A stretch of 32,000 nt of DNA from Xanthomonas campestris pv. campestris str. ATCC 33913 (GCF_000007145.1 NC_003902.1:4763426-4795425); one strand, 5' to 3'; numbered from the stretch's first letter, positions 1 to 9,201 are shown. Notes: generated from the letters alone by a model not told the origin. Numbers and translations: made by a program.

Positions 1-251
1 GCCACGGCGAGCATGCATTGCCGCACCTGGAATGGCTGCGCGAAGCGTATGCCGGCATGTCGATCACCGATGGGCATTTCCTGTTCGTCCGCGGGCTGCC
101 GTTCTTCGAAACGTTTCTGGAGCGCAGCACACCACTGTTGCGCGTCTGCCTGCCCGCCGATGCGCTGGCCGACTGGTATCTGCAGATGCAGCCGGCGCTG
201 GATGCACCGGGCCAGGCGGCAGTGGCCGCGCACGTCGCCTCACTGCAATGA
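1..251 (+). CDS. C-terminal end (~83 codons) of a gene that starts upstream of the window; function not recognised
   Basis: Frame 3 is open from the window edge (HGEHALPHLEWLREAYAGMSITDGHFLFVRGLPFFETFLERSTPLL...VASLQ*). The stop TGA at 249-251 overlaps the next start codon (ATGA at 248-251). Third codon positions are GC-rich. Confidence 0.55.
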   Translation, partial: HGEHALPHLEWLREAYAGMSITDGHFLFVRGLPFFETFLERSTPLLRVCLPADALADWYLQMQPALDAPGQAAVAAHVASLQ

Positions 252-817
252 ACCGCACGCGGTCACCGGCAACGCGCGGCGGGTTCGTCACGCCAATGGC
301 GTGGGTGTCGCTGCTGCTGGGCGTGGCCAGCGCGCTGACCAACCTGCTGCAGATCCTGCTGATCGGGCTGGTGCCCGGCTCCACCACGCTGCCACTGCCC
401 CCGGGAATGCGCATGCCCGCTTCCTGGCAATGGCTGATCGACCATGCGGTGAGCTTGTCGGTGCTGGGCATGGTGCTGTCGGTGGCCTTCGCCTGGATGA
501 GCTGGGCCTTGCTGCAGCGGCGCGAGTGGGCGCGGATCGGCTTCGTGCTGGTGCTGGTGGTCACCGGATTGCTTAATTTCGCTGGCTTGGCCCTGATAGG
601 GCCGCTGTTCGATGGCCTGCAGTCGATGCTGCCGGCCGACATCCTGCACAGCCCGGAGTGGCCGCAGATGCAGGCGCGCCTGCAGACCACGCGACTGATG
701 GCGCTGCTGCTGACCGGCATCGGTGCGCTGGTGATCGCGCTGTTTCAGTGCGCCCTGGCGTGGCGGCTGTGCGCGCCTGCGGTGCGCGCGGAGTTTGCGG
801 CCTCGCCACGGGGCTGA
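248..817 (+). CDS. small integral membrane protein (189 aa, about 4 TM helices), function unknown
   Basis: The ATG at 248 (MNRTRSPATRGG...) overlaps the upstream stop. Hydrophobic segments are WVSLLLGVASALTNLLQILLIGLV, AVSLSVLGMVLSVAFAWMSWALL, IGFVLVLVVTGLLNFAGLALIGPLF and LMALLLTGIGALVIALFQCALAW. GC3 is very high. The track start at 32 lies in frame upstream but overlaps the previous gene. Confidence 0.75.
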   Translation: MNRTRSPATRGGFVTPMAWVSLLLGVASALTNLLQILLIGLVPGSTTLPLPPGMRMPASWQWLIDHAVSLSVLGMVLSVAFAWMSWALLQRREWARIGFVLVLVVTGLLNFAGLALIGPLFDGLQSMLPADILHSPEWPQMQARLQTTRLMALLLTGIGALVIALFQCALAWRLCAPAVRAEFAASPRG

Positions 818-1109
818 TCGTTCGCCTGGAATCACGGCTGGGAGCGGTTGTCTTCAATCGAAGAGACCTCGCGTGCGTGGCGCCCGCACTGCCTGCGGGG
901 CACGGCGCCGATCCAGCCTGGAAAACGCCTTCGCGACCGCCCTGCCGCCCCAAGCCCCTGCACGCAGTGATGGCTCTGCACCTCCACGGTGGATCGGCGT
1001 GGTGGCGACAACCTGGCGGCCCTGCACGCGAACGACCAGACGACCCACCGCGTCGCACGCGACACCTTGGCGCGGGTGCGAAATGCACGCAGCGCGGTGC
1101 ACCGCTTAG

Positions 1110-2018
<909 letters not shown>

Positions 2019-2294
2019 ATGTCCAAACGCGTCACCGATGAAACACAGTGTTGATTCACGGATTAAATCGGCCCTATTTAAATTTGTGATTGCGGACGAA
2101 ACCAGTCGCCCCGTCGTTCGATGAACTGGTTATGTTGCGCTGCACGCAGTGACGCGTGCATTGTGGCTGTCAGCACGCTCAGTAAAAGCGCTGAAGAGTG
2201 CCATCCGCCACTGCCGCTACGCTGTAGGCGCTGAGTCCGATTCACCGCTGTAGCACTGCGGCATACATGGCCAGCATGAGAAATCGCGGGCAAT

Positions 2295-2330
2295 AAAAAG
2301 CCCCGCAGACCAGGGGGAGGTCGGCGGGGC
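2295..2330 (-). terminator. Rho-independent terminator (3' hairpin of the sX13-type sRNA)
   Basis: A 12-bp GC-rich stem with one C/T mismatch (GCCCCGCCGACC/GGTCTGCGGGGC) and a 7-nt loop, followed immediately by a T5 run on the minus strand. Confidence 0.8.
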
Positions 2331-2415
2331 CAGGGAACGGAAACTTGGGGAGGAGTTTCCGCTCCGAGATCTGCTCCAGGGGATGGGAGAGATCTGCCGA
2401 CAGGCGTTGCGCCCG
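2295..2415 (-). ncRNA. sX13: sX13-type small RNA (three hairpins with CCCC/CCCCC loops plus an intrinsic terminator)
   Basis: On the minus strand, hairpin 1 is AGATCTCTCC-CATCCCCT-GGAGCAGATCT (2367-2397). Hairpin 2 is GGAAACT-CCTCCCCA-AGTTTCC (2339-2360). Hairpin 3 is GCCCCGCCGACC-TCCCCCT-GGTCTGCGGGGC (2300-2330), followed by TTTTT (2295-2299). A -10-like TATATC lies at 2422-2427 on the minus strand. The 5' end is estimated only. Confidence 0.7.
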
Positions 2416-2568
2416 TCGAGGGATATAACACCATTTTCTACATTGATGGATCGTGAAGATCGCCGTTAAGAATTTGTAGAATTTAGCGGTTATTCAGTGC
2501 TGCGGCGCGGTGCGAGTTTCTGAATATTCTGATCTGCGTATTCAGCATACGAGGCATGCGCTGCGCCA

Positions 2569-5352
2569 TCAATGCGCCTCGTCCCAGTTATCGCCCACGC
2601 CCGAATCGACCACCAGCGGCACGCGCAGGCTGGCGGCCGCAGACATGCGCGCGGTGACCTCGGCCAGCAGCGTGTCGACGAAGTCGGCGTCGGCCTCGAA
2701 CACCAGTTCGTCGTGCACCTGCAGGATCATCAGGGCGCGCTGCGCGTGATCGGCAATCCAGCCATCCACGCTGACCATGGCGCGCTTGATGATGTCGGCG
2801 GCGGTGCCCTGCATCGGCGCGTTGATGGCCGCGCGCTCGGCGCCGGCGCGTTGGCCCTGGCTGCCGGCGTTGATGAAGTCCAGATACAGCCGGCGGCCGA
2901 ACACGGTTTCCACGTAGCCCTTGTCGCGGGCCTGCTGCCGGGTGGTTTCCATGAAGTCACGCACGCCCGGGTAACGGCTGAAGTACAGCGCGATGTAGTC
3001 CTGCGCCTCGCCACGGCCGATGCCGAGCTGGCGGGCCAGGCCGAACGCACTCATGCCGTACATCAGGCCGAAGTTGATCGCCTTGGCGGCGCGGCGCTCA
3101 TCCCCGCTGACCGTATCGATGGTGCGGCCGAACACTTCGGCGGCGGTGGCACGGTGCACGTCGGCGCCGGATTCGAATGCGCCGACCAGGCCGGGGTCGC
3201 CGGACAGGTGGGCCATGATGCGCAGCTCGATCTGCGAGTAGTCGCAGGCGATCAGCTTGCGTCCGGCCGGGGCGACAAAGGCGCGGCGGATGCGGCGGCC
3301 GTCTTCGGTGCGGATCGGGATGTTCTGCAGGTTGGGGTCGGACGAAGACAACCGCCCGGTGGCCGCGCCGGCCTGGTGGTAGCTGGTGTGCACGCGCCCG
3401 GACTGCGGGTGGATCATCTCCGGCAGCTTGTCGGTGTAGGTGCTGCGCAGTTTGGCCAGGCTGCGGTAGTCCAGGATCACCCGCGGCAGCTCGTGCTGGT
3501 CGGCGATGGCTTCCAGGGCTTCTTCGTTGGTCGAGGGCTGGCCCTTGGGCGTCTTGACCACGGCGGGCAGCTTGAGCTCGTCGAACAGCAGCGCCTGCAG
3601 CTGTTTGGGCGAGTCCAGGTTGAAGGTGCGCCCGGCCAGTTCGGTGGCCTTCTGCTGGGCGGCGAGCATGCGCTTGGACAGGTCCGCGCTCTGGCGGCGC
3701 AGCTCGGCTGCGTCCACGCACACGCCGTTGGCCTCGATGCGCTCCAGCACGCCCACCAGCGGCATTTCGATGTCGCGGTAGACACTCTCCAGCGCCGGCT
3801 CGGCGGCCAGGCGCTTGCCCAGCACCTGGTGCAGGCGCAGGGTGATGTCGGCGTCTTCGGCGGCGTAGCGGGTGGCGTCTTCCAGGCTGACCTGGGCGAA
3901 CTTGATCTGCTTGGCGCCCTTGCCGCAGATGTCTTCGTACTTGACGGTGTCGTAGCCCAGGTAACGCTTGGCCAGGCTGTCCATGTCGTGGCGGGCACTG
4001 CCGGAGTTGAGCACGAAGCTCTCCAGCAGGGTGTCGTCGGCGTAGCCGGCCAGGGCGATGCCGTGGCGGCGCATCACGTGCAGGTCGTACTTGCCGTGCT
4101 GGCCGAGCTTGCGCACCGCCGGGTCGGTCAGCAGCGGCGCCAGCTGCGCCAGCGCCTGCGTGCGGTCGAGCTGGGCCGGTGCGCCGGGGAAATCGTGGCC
4201 GAACGGCAGGTAGGCGGCCTGGCCGGGCTCGGCGGCGACGCTGAGGCCGATCAGGTTGGCCTGCAGCGCGTCCAGGCTGTCGGTTTCGGTATCGAAGGCG
4301 AACTGCCCGGCCGCGCGCAGCCGCGCGATCCAGCTGTCGAGCTGCGCCTGGGTGAGGATGGTCTCGTACTGGCCGGGCGCCGACAGCGCCGGGTCCAGCT
4401 CCACCGGAGCGGCAGCCGGCGCCGACACGAAGCCGGTGCCGCGTGCGCGGCCAGGCTCGGTGCGCGCCACCGCCATCGGTGCGGTCAGCCCGCCGGCCTC
4501 GGCGGCGGCGCCGCCGAGTTCGCGCAGCGCCTGGGTGAAGCCGTAGCGCGCGTACAGCACCGCCAGCGCTTCGGCGTTGGGTTCGCGCAGGTCCAGCGCG
4601 CGCGGACCGCTGGCCAGCACCACGTCGGTCTTGATGGTGACCAGCTCGCGATTGAGCGGCAGCCGCGGCAAGGCGGCGCGCAGGTTCTCGCCGATCTTGC
4701 CCTTGATCTTGTCGGCATTGGCGATCACGCCGTCGAGCGAGTCGTATTCGGCCAGCCATTTGGCGGCGGTCTTGGGGCCGCACTTTTCCACGCCGGGCAC
4801 GTTGTCGACGGTGTCGCCCATCAGCGCCAGCAGGTCGACGATCTGGTTCGGGCGCACGCCGAATTTGGCGATCACCGCCTCGTCCGAATCCATGCGGCTG
4901 CCGCTCATGGTGTTGACCAGTTCCACGCCCGGGCGCACCAGCTGCGCGAAGTCCTTGTCGCCGGTGGAGATGGTGACGGCCAAGCCGTCGCTGGCGCCTT
5001 GCAGCGCCAGCGTGCCGATCACATCGTCCGCTTCCACACCGTCGATGCGCAGGATGTCGATGCCCAGCGCATGCACGATGTCGCACATCGGCTGCACCTG
5101 TGCACGCAGGTCGTCGGGCATCGACGGGCGATTGGCCTTGTAGTCGGCATACAAGTCATCACGAAATGTCTTGCCGGGCGCATCCACCACGAACGCCACA
5201 TAGGCCGGGCGTTCCTTCAAGGTGGCGCGCAGCATGTTGACCACGCCGAACAACGCACCGGTGGGCTCGCCCTGGGCATTGGTCAGCGGCGGAAGCGCGT
5301 GGAACGCGCGATACAGGTAACTGGACCCGTCGATCAGGACTAATCTGCTCAT
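2569..5352 (-). CDS. polA: DNA polymerase I
   Basis: 927 aa. It has a 5'-3' exonuclease N-terminus (MSRLVLIDGSSYLYRAFHALPPLTN), a 3'-5' exo block (FAFDTETDSLD) and polymerase motifs (LIACDYSQIELRIMAHLSGD, RRAAKAINFGLMYGMSAFGL, QVHDELVFE). Confidence 0.99.
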   Translation of the reverse strand: MSRLVLIDGSSYLYRAFHALPPLTNAQGEPTGALFGVVNMLRATLKERPAYVAFVVDAPGKTFRDDLYADYKANRPSMPDDLRAQVQPMCDIVHALGIDILRIDGVEADDVIGTLALQGASDGLAVTISTGDKDFAQLVRPGVELVNTMSGSRMDSDEAVIAKFGVRPNQIVDLLALMGDTVDNVPGVEKCGPKTAAKWLAEYDSLDGVIANADKIKGKIGENLRAALPRLPLNRELVTIKTDVVLASGPRALDLREPNAEALAVLYARYGFTQALRELGGAAAEAGGLTAPMAVARTEPGRARGTGFVSAPAAAPVELDPALSAPGQYETILTQAQLDSWIARLRAAGQFAFDTETDSLDALQANLIGLSVAAEPGQAAYLPFGHDFPGAPAQLDRTQALAQLAPLLTDPAVRKLGQHGKYDLHVMRRHGIALAGYADDTLLESFVLNSGSARHDMDSLAKRYLGYDTVKYEDICGKGAKQIKFAQVSLEDATRYAAEDADITLRLHQVLGKRLAAEPALESVYRDIEMPLVGVLERIEANGVCVDAAELRRQSADLSKRMLAAQQKATELAGRTFNLDSPKQLQALLFDELKLPAVVKTPKGQPSTNEEALEAIADQHELPRVILDYRSLAKLRSTYTDKLPEMIHPQSGRVHTSYHQAGAATGRLSSSDPNLQNIPIRTEDGRRIRRAFVAPAGRKLIACDYSQIELRIMAHLSGDPGLVGAFESGADVHRATAAEVFGRTIDTVSGDERRAAKAINFGLMYGMSAFGLARQLGIGRGEAQDYIALYFSRYPGVRDFMETTRQQARDKGYVETVFGRRLYLDFINAGSQGQRAGAERAAINAPMQGTAADIIKRAMVSVDGWIADHAQRALMILQVHDELVFEADADFVDTLLAEVTARMSAAASLRVPLVVDSGVGDNWDEAH

Positions 5353-5429
5353 GCCGTAATTCTACGCTGCACGCCCACGCCACACCCGGCCAGCGCATAC
5401 TCGGTGACGACCTCACACGGACCATCACG

Positions 5430-5711
5430 ATGAAGAGAGCAAGTCTTTTGCTGTTGCCGCTGCTGCTGCTCGGCGGCTGCGCCACCACCGGTGGCGGCGG
5501 CGATGTGCCGGCCAACGCGGATGTCACCAGCAAGACCATGGGCAACGGCGACAAGGTCGACGAATACCGCGTCAACGGGCAGCTGGAAATGGTGCGCGTG
5601 ACCCCCGCACGTGGCGCGCCGTACTTCCTGTACGACCGTGACCATGACGGCCATACCGACGCCGAGCGTGACAAGGTCAACAAGACGTATTGGCAGTTGT
5701 ATAGCTGGTGA
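5430..5711 (+). CDS. small lipoprotein (93 aa), possibly DUF2782-like
   Basis: It has a signal peptide with a lipobox (MKRASLLLLPLLLLGG|C) and is divergent from polA. The DUF2782 assignment rests only on my memory that small proteins of this type sit next to polA in gammaproteobacteria. Confidence 0.8.
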   Translation: MKRASLLLLPLLLLGGCATTGGGGDVPANADVTSKTMGNGDKVDEYRVNGQLEMVRVTPARGAPYFLYDRDHDGHTDAERDKVNKTYWQLYSW

Positions 5712-5750
5712 TTGGGGAGCGGTGATTGGGAATTCGGGATTGGGGATTCG
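5710..5750. repeat. imperfect GATTGGG/GGGGATT heptamer microsatellite
   Basis: gattggggagcggtgattgggaattcgggattggggattcg starts inside the stop codon of the lipoprotein gene. It belongs to the same heptamer family as 31588-31637. Confidence 0.6.
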
Positions 5751-5979
5751 CTAGGCGAAGAGCTCAGCGATTGCGTCGCCCGGTGCTTGTTTGGTGAGTC
5801 CTGAAGGCGTCGTGCGTGGTGTAGATGCTGCGGGCCAAACGGGCCCGCAGGTTTCGGTGCGACGAAGCACTGAAGCAGGCTTGCTGGGCGAGCGGATCCG
5901 GCAATCCTGCAGCGCCCGGCGAGCGGCTGGTAGCGCCGCTGCTGTCGCCCTGCGGCAGCTGATAGCGGTGAGCGCGTTG

Positions 5980-6812
5980 TCAGCTGTTCTCCAGCGGGCC
6001 GGTGACGCGTTGCAGTTCATCGATCCCGCCTGGCGCCAGTTCCTTCATCAGCGCCAGGACGTCGCAGCCAACCAGTCGCTGCGCGCGCCGCAACAACATC
6101 GGCACCGGGCTGGACGGTTCGTTGCGGGCGTAATAGGCGCAGATCTCCTCCAGCCGCCGCATGACATCGTCCGGGCCGGCGATTCCCCGGTGCGACGCGT
6201 CGGGCTACCCGCAGCGGTGGCACCGTCATCGCCTGAATGCTCGGTGCTGTCGGCGGCCTCTCCCGTGCTGCCTTGCCGCGCCTGCCAGTGCGGCAGCACG
6301 AAGCGCTCCAGATCGCGCAGGTCGGCCAGCAGCGGACGCAGGTCCGGCGCGGCGGTGCCGAGCTGTTCGGTGAGCCAGGCATCGATCGCCCGTGCGGTGG
6401 CGGCGGCGTCGGTAATCGCCTTGGCCGAGGCCGCCAGCGTGTCGAGCGGGCAATCCAGGCAGCAGGCCTCGATCTCGGCCAGGCTGGGCACGGCCTGCCC
6501 TTCGGCCAGCTTGAGGCTGCCGTTGGCGGCGCGCAGGTCGCGCAGGCTGAAGCGGCCCAGCCGCGGCGACTGCACGAAGGCGGTGGTGCGCAATGCGCCA
6601 AGCAGGCCCATCGGGTCGCTCAGGCCCACCAGCGCGTTGACCCGCGCGGTGGGGTCGTTGTCGTCGTCGGCATCCAGTTGCGGGTGCACGCTGTCCCAGT
6701 GCTGGCCGAGCAGGCCGTGGATCAGCGCCAGGGCGTCTGCCCAGCCAGGCAGCCCGCGCAGCCGCAGCCAGGCGGCGCCGAGCTTGCTGGCGATACGCAC
6801 GTCGCGGCTGCG
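5980..6812 (-). pseudogene. tssA: remnant of a type VI secretion tssA/impA (ImpA_N family) gene, 5'-truncated and frameshifted
   Basis: ORF 6048-6800 reads RSRDVRIASKLGAAWLRLRGLPGWADALALIHGLLGQHWDSVHPQLDADDDNDPTARVNAL... (central ImpA_N-type block). The conserved TssA C-terminus (RGIAGPDDVMRRLEEICAYYARNEPSSPVPMLLRRAQRLVGCDVLALMKELAP) is in a different frame (5980-6204), so an indel lies near 6165-6205. Upstream the reading frame hits TAG at 6825-6827, inside a REP half-site. No start codon and no N-terminal ~75 aa remain. Confidence 0.7.
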
Positions 6813-6816
6813 CCTT

Positions 6817-7135
6817 GGGCGCTCCTACAATGATCCGCATGCATCACGCTGCGCGTGCCGGTGAGCGCGCTGCTGCCGAGCTACCTCAGACGAATGACCA
6901 ACTGCACACACCTGCGTAGGAGCGCGCTTGCGCGCGATGAGCCTTCCCGGTAATGCCCATCGCGCCCAAGGGCGCTCCTACGGTGATCCGCACGCATCAC
7001 GCTGCGCATGCTGCTGAGCGCGGCTGTTGCCGAGTTACCTCAGGCGAATAACGAGCTGCACGCCCTGCGTAGGAGCGCGCTTGCGCGCGATGAGGCCTTC
7101 CCGGTAATGCCCATCGCGCCCAAGGGCGCTCCTAC
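6817..7135. repeat. tandem duplication (2 x ~153 bp), each copy ending in a GTAG-type REP palindrome
   Basis: The units are about 6829-6981 and 6982-7135. The hairpins GTAGGAGCGCGCTTGCGCGCGATG...CATCGCGCCCAAGGGCGCTCCTAC lie at 6916-6981 and 7069-7135. An isolated right half-site GGGCGCTCCTAC lies at 6817-6828. Confidence 0.85.
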
Positions 7136-7203
7136 AAACGTTCTGCACGACTAGCCTGGACTCGATTGATCATCGCGCTCGCATCAACGCATCAACCCCG
7201 ATC

Positions 7204-7650
7204 TCAACGAATCACCAGCACCGGAATCGTGCTGTGTGTGAGCACTTCCACCGTCTGGCTGCCGAGCAATACGCGGCTCATGCCGCGGCGGCCGTGCGAG
7301 GTCATCACGATCAGGTCGCTCTTGCACTCCTCGGCGGTCTGCACAATGCCCTCGGCCGCAAAACGGTCAAGCACGTGCCGCGCGGTCGCCTTGAGGTTCG
7401 CAGCGATCGCCAACTCCACAGCCGGGCGCAGGATCTTTTCCGCAGCCGCTTCGCGCTCCTTGCGATAGTCCGGGCTGGCTTCGTACCCCACGCTCCAACC
7501 CATCGCGTCGTACATGCCCATCGCCCACGGCTCGGAGACGGTGACGATATCGACCTTGGCGCCAGTGGCCTTGGCCAGTTCCAGACCCTGAAACAACCCG
7601 CGGTGGGACAGCTCGGACGCATCGATGGCGATCAGGATACGTTTGTACAT
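7204..7650 (-). CDS. universal stress protein (UspA family), 148 aa
   Basis: MYKRILIAIDASELSHRGL...DLIVMTSHGRRGMSRVLLGSQTVEVLTHSTIPVLVIR. The ATG at 7650 is preceded by AGGAGG (7654-7659, minus strand). The track start at 7680 has no RBS. Confidence 0.9.
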   Translation of the reverse strand: MYKRILIAIDASELSHRGLFQGLELAKATGAKVDIVTVSEPWAMGMYDAMGWSVGYEASPDYRKEREAAAEKILRPAVELAIAANLKATARHVLDRFAAEGIVQTAEECKSDLIVMTSHGRRGMSRVLLGSQTVEVLTHSTIPVLVIR

Positions 7651-7750
7651 GGTGGCCTCCTGGAATGCCGGCACATCCACCGGCGGAAATCAGCGTGACA
7701 GCGCAGCGCAACTATCGCCTTGAGACAGATCAATGCAGCGGGAAACGCGG

Positions 7751-8329
7751 TCAATCGGTCGGCGTCGCCTGCGGATCGGTGCGCGCCATGCGCACACGCG
7801 CAGGATTCCCCACCGCAGTGGCGCCTGCCGGCACATCGCGGGTGACCACCGCACCGGCCCCGATCAACGCATCGTCGCCAATGCGCACGCCCGGCAGAAT
7901 GATCGCACCGCCGCCGATCCACACATTACGTCCCACATGAATCGGGCGGCCAAACTCCAGCCCGCTGGCACGATCGGTCGCATCGCGCGGATGGTCGGCC
8001 GCGTAGAACTGCACCGCCGGGCCGATCTGCGTGCCATCGCCGATGCTGACCTCGCACACATCCAGAATCACGCAATTGAAGTTGAGAAAAACCCCCGCAC
8101 CCAAACGGATGTTGTAGCCATAGTCGCAATGGAACGGCGGGCGAATCACTGCACCCGCGCCCACCTCGGCCAGACGTTCGACCAGCAAGGCATGGCGCTG
8201 CGCAGCGGGCTGTTGCGCAGCGGCGTTGTAACGCGCCATCCACGCGGCGGCGGCAGCCTGATCGGCCTGCAGTTCGTCATCGGCCGCGTTGTACAGCTCG
8301 CCTGCGAGCATCTTCTTTTTTCGGTGCAC
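7751..8329 (-). CDS. maltose/galactoside O-acetyltransferase family (hexapeptide-repeat) enzyme
   Basis: 192 aa. KMLAGELYNAADDEL, VIRPPFHCDYGYNIRLGAGVFLNFNCVILD, IGPAVQFY and VWIGGGAIILPGVRIGDDALIGAGAVVTRDVPAGATAVGNPARV are typical of Maa/LacA-type left-handed beta-helix acetyltransferases. Confidence 0.9.
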   Translation of the reverse strand: MHRKKKMLAGELYNAADDELQADQAAAAAWMARYNAAAQQPAAQRHALLVERLAEVGAGAVIRPPFHCDYGYNIRLGAGVFLNFNCVILDVCEVSIGDGTQIGPAVQFYAADHPRDATDRASGLEFGRPIHVGRNVWIGGGAIILPGVRIGDDALIGAGAVVTRDVPAGATAVGNPARVRMARTDPQATPTD

Positions 8330-8659
8330 ATCGGGCTGTGTGCCTTCATAAAGTCGGTTCGACCGCAGCTTGTCACGAAAGCTGTGGCGAATGCATCGAG
8401 CAGCGCACCACCGCGTTTGGCTGTCTGGATCTTCTGACCTGACTCGTTGCCTGTGCCGTATAGAACCAGTGAGAGATCACTGGCTCGGCCCTAGTAGCGC
8501 CAAGGAAGGTGGCGAGCAATTGCCAGGCGGCTGTTAAGGGCGCGCAGAAGCCGCAATATTCGCATCGTCAGATGCAGATGCGTTGTGACGCGGCGGCGGC
8601 ATAAGTAATACTCGCTCCGACAGTGCCGTTCCACGCTGTGCGCTCTCAAGGATGACCCC

Positions 8660-9081
8660 ATGAAAAACGTTTTTACGTTTGCCTGGCCGCGCTGCTTGCG
8701 ATCTGCTGCAGCGCACCCGCTTACGCCACCTCAAGCCTTTCCTTCGAAGGCGGCGGCTACGCAATGACATTTGAAGTCGGCAACGACGGCCGCCCTGTTA
8801 TCGCCAGCATCCATTTCTACGCGCCGGGCGACTGCAAGGGCGTCCCATTGCAGAACGACTTCGAGGTAAAAACCTTCGATACCAAACGCAGAGTATTGCG
8901 GTTGATTTACCCGGGTGGCGGCCAGGGAGTGCCACCATTTGCACTAGTTGTGCTCGCGGACAAGTCGACGCTCACCATAGGAGGTAAGCGAATCAACTCC
9001 ACCTTCAGCTGGGAAATGTCGGCGTACGGCACCAAAGTCGATGCAATGCCATCTCCCATAAGGCTGGTCGTCAAGCGATGA
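8660..9081 (+). pseudogene. small secreted protein gene interrupted by a 1-nt frameshift in an A5 run (or a sequencing or slippage variant)
   Basis: An RBS AAGGA (8648-8652) precedes the ATG at 8660. The ATG frame dies after 35 codons. The -1 frame reads (M)KKRFYVCLAALLAICCSAPAYA|TSSLSFEGGGYAMTFEVGNDG... straight into track ORF 8764-9081 and has a clean Sec signal. One extra A in the run 8663-8667 would restore a ~140-aa precursor. The frame carrying the signal peptide has no start codon of its own. Confidence 0.55.
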
Positions 9082-9201
9082 AGCAATCTCGGCGGGCTTG
9101 GTGAGCTCCGACATCAGCCAGCCTTTCCGCCCTACCGATAAGCGCCAGCTTGCCCTGATAGCTTCACCCGGGCGACAGGATTGGCGCTGGTAAGGGCTCG
9201 C

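Noticed and set aside
2078-2434. 118-aa minus-strand ORF between hemF and polA
   Set aside because: It has no RBS, its composition is atypical for this genome, and its 5' third is exactly the three-hairpin sX13-type sRNA plus terminator. It is better explained as non-coding.
2572-5343. 923-aa ORF on the plus strand spanning the whole of polA
   Set aside because: It is antisense to an unambiguous polA. The product is Arg/Ala/Gly/His-rich low-information sequence. Long stop-free antisense frames are expected at this GC content. The same applies to 573-1958 (antisense to hemF), 9181-10791 (uvrD), 22639-25038 (czcA), 25551-26852 (czcB), 26969-28834 (czcC), 29484-30944 (DUF885), 13598-14596 (cls) and 15323-16138 (LysR).
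5791-6864. 357-aa plus-strand ORF over the tssA remnant
   Set aside because: It is antisense to recognisable TssA-family sequence. The product is Ser/Arg/Ala-rich with no motif, which makes it a shadow ORF.
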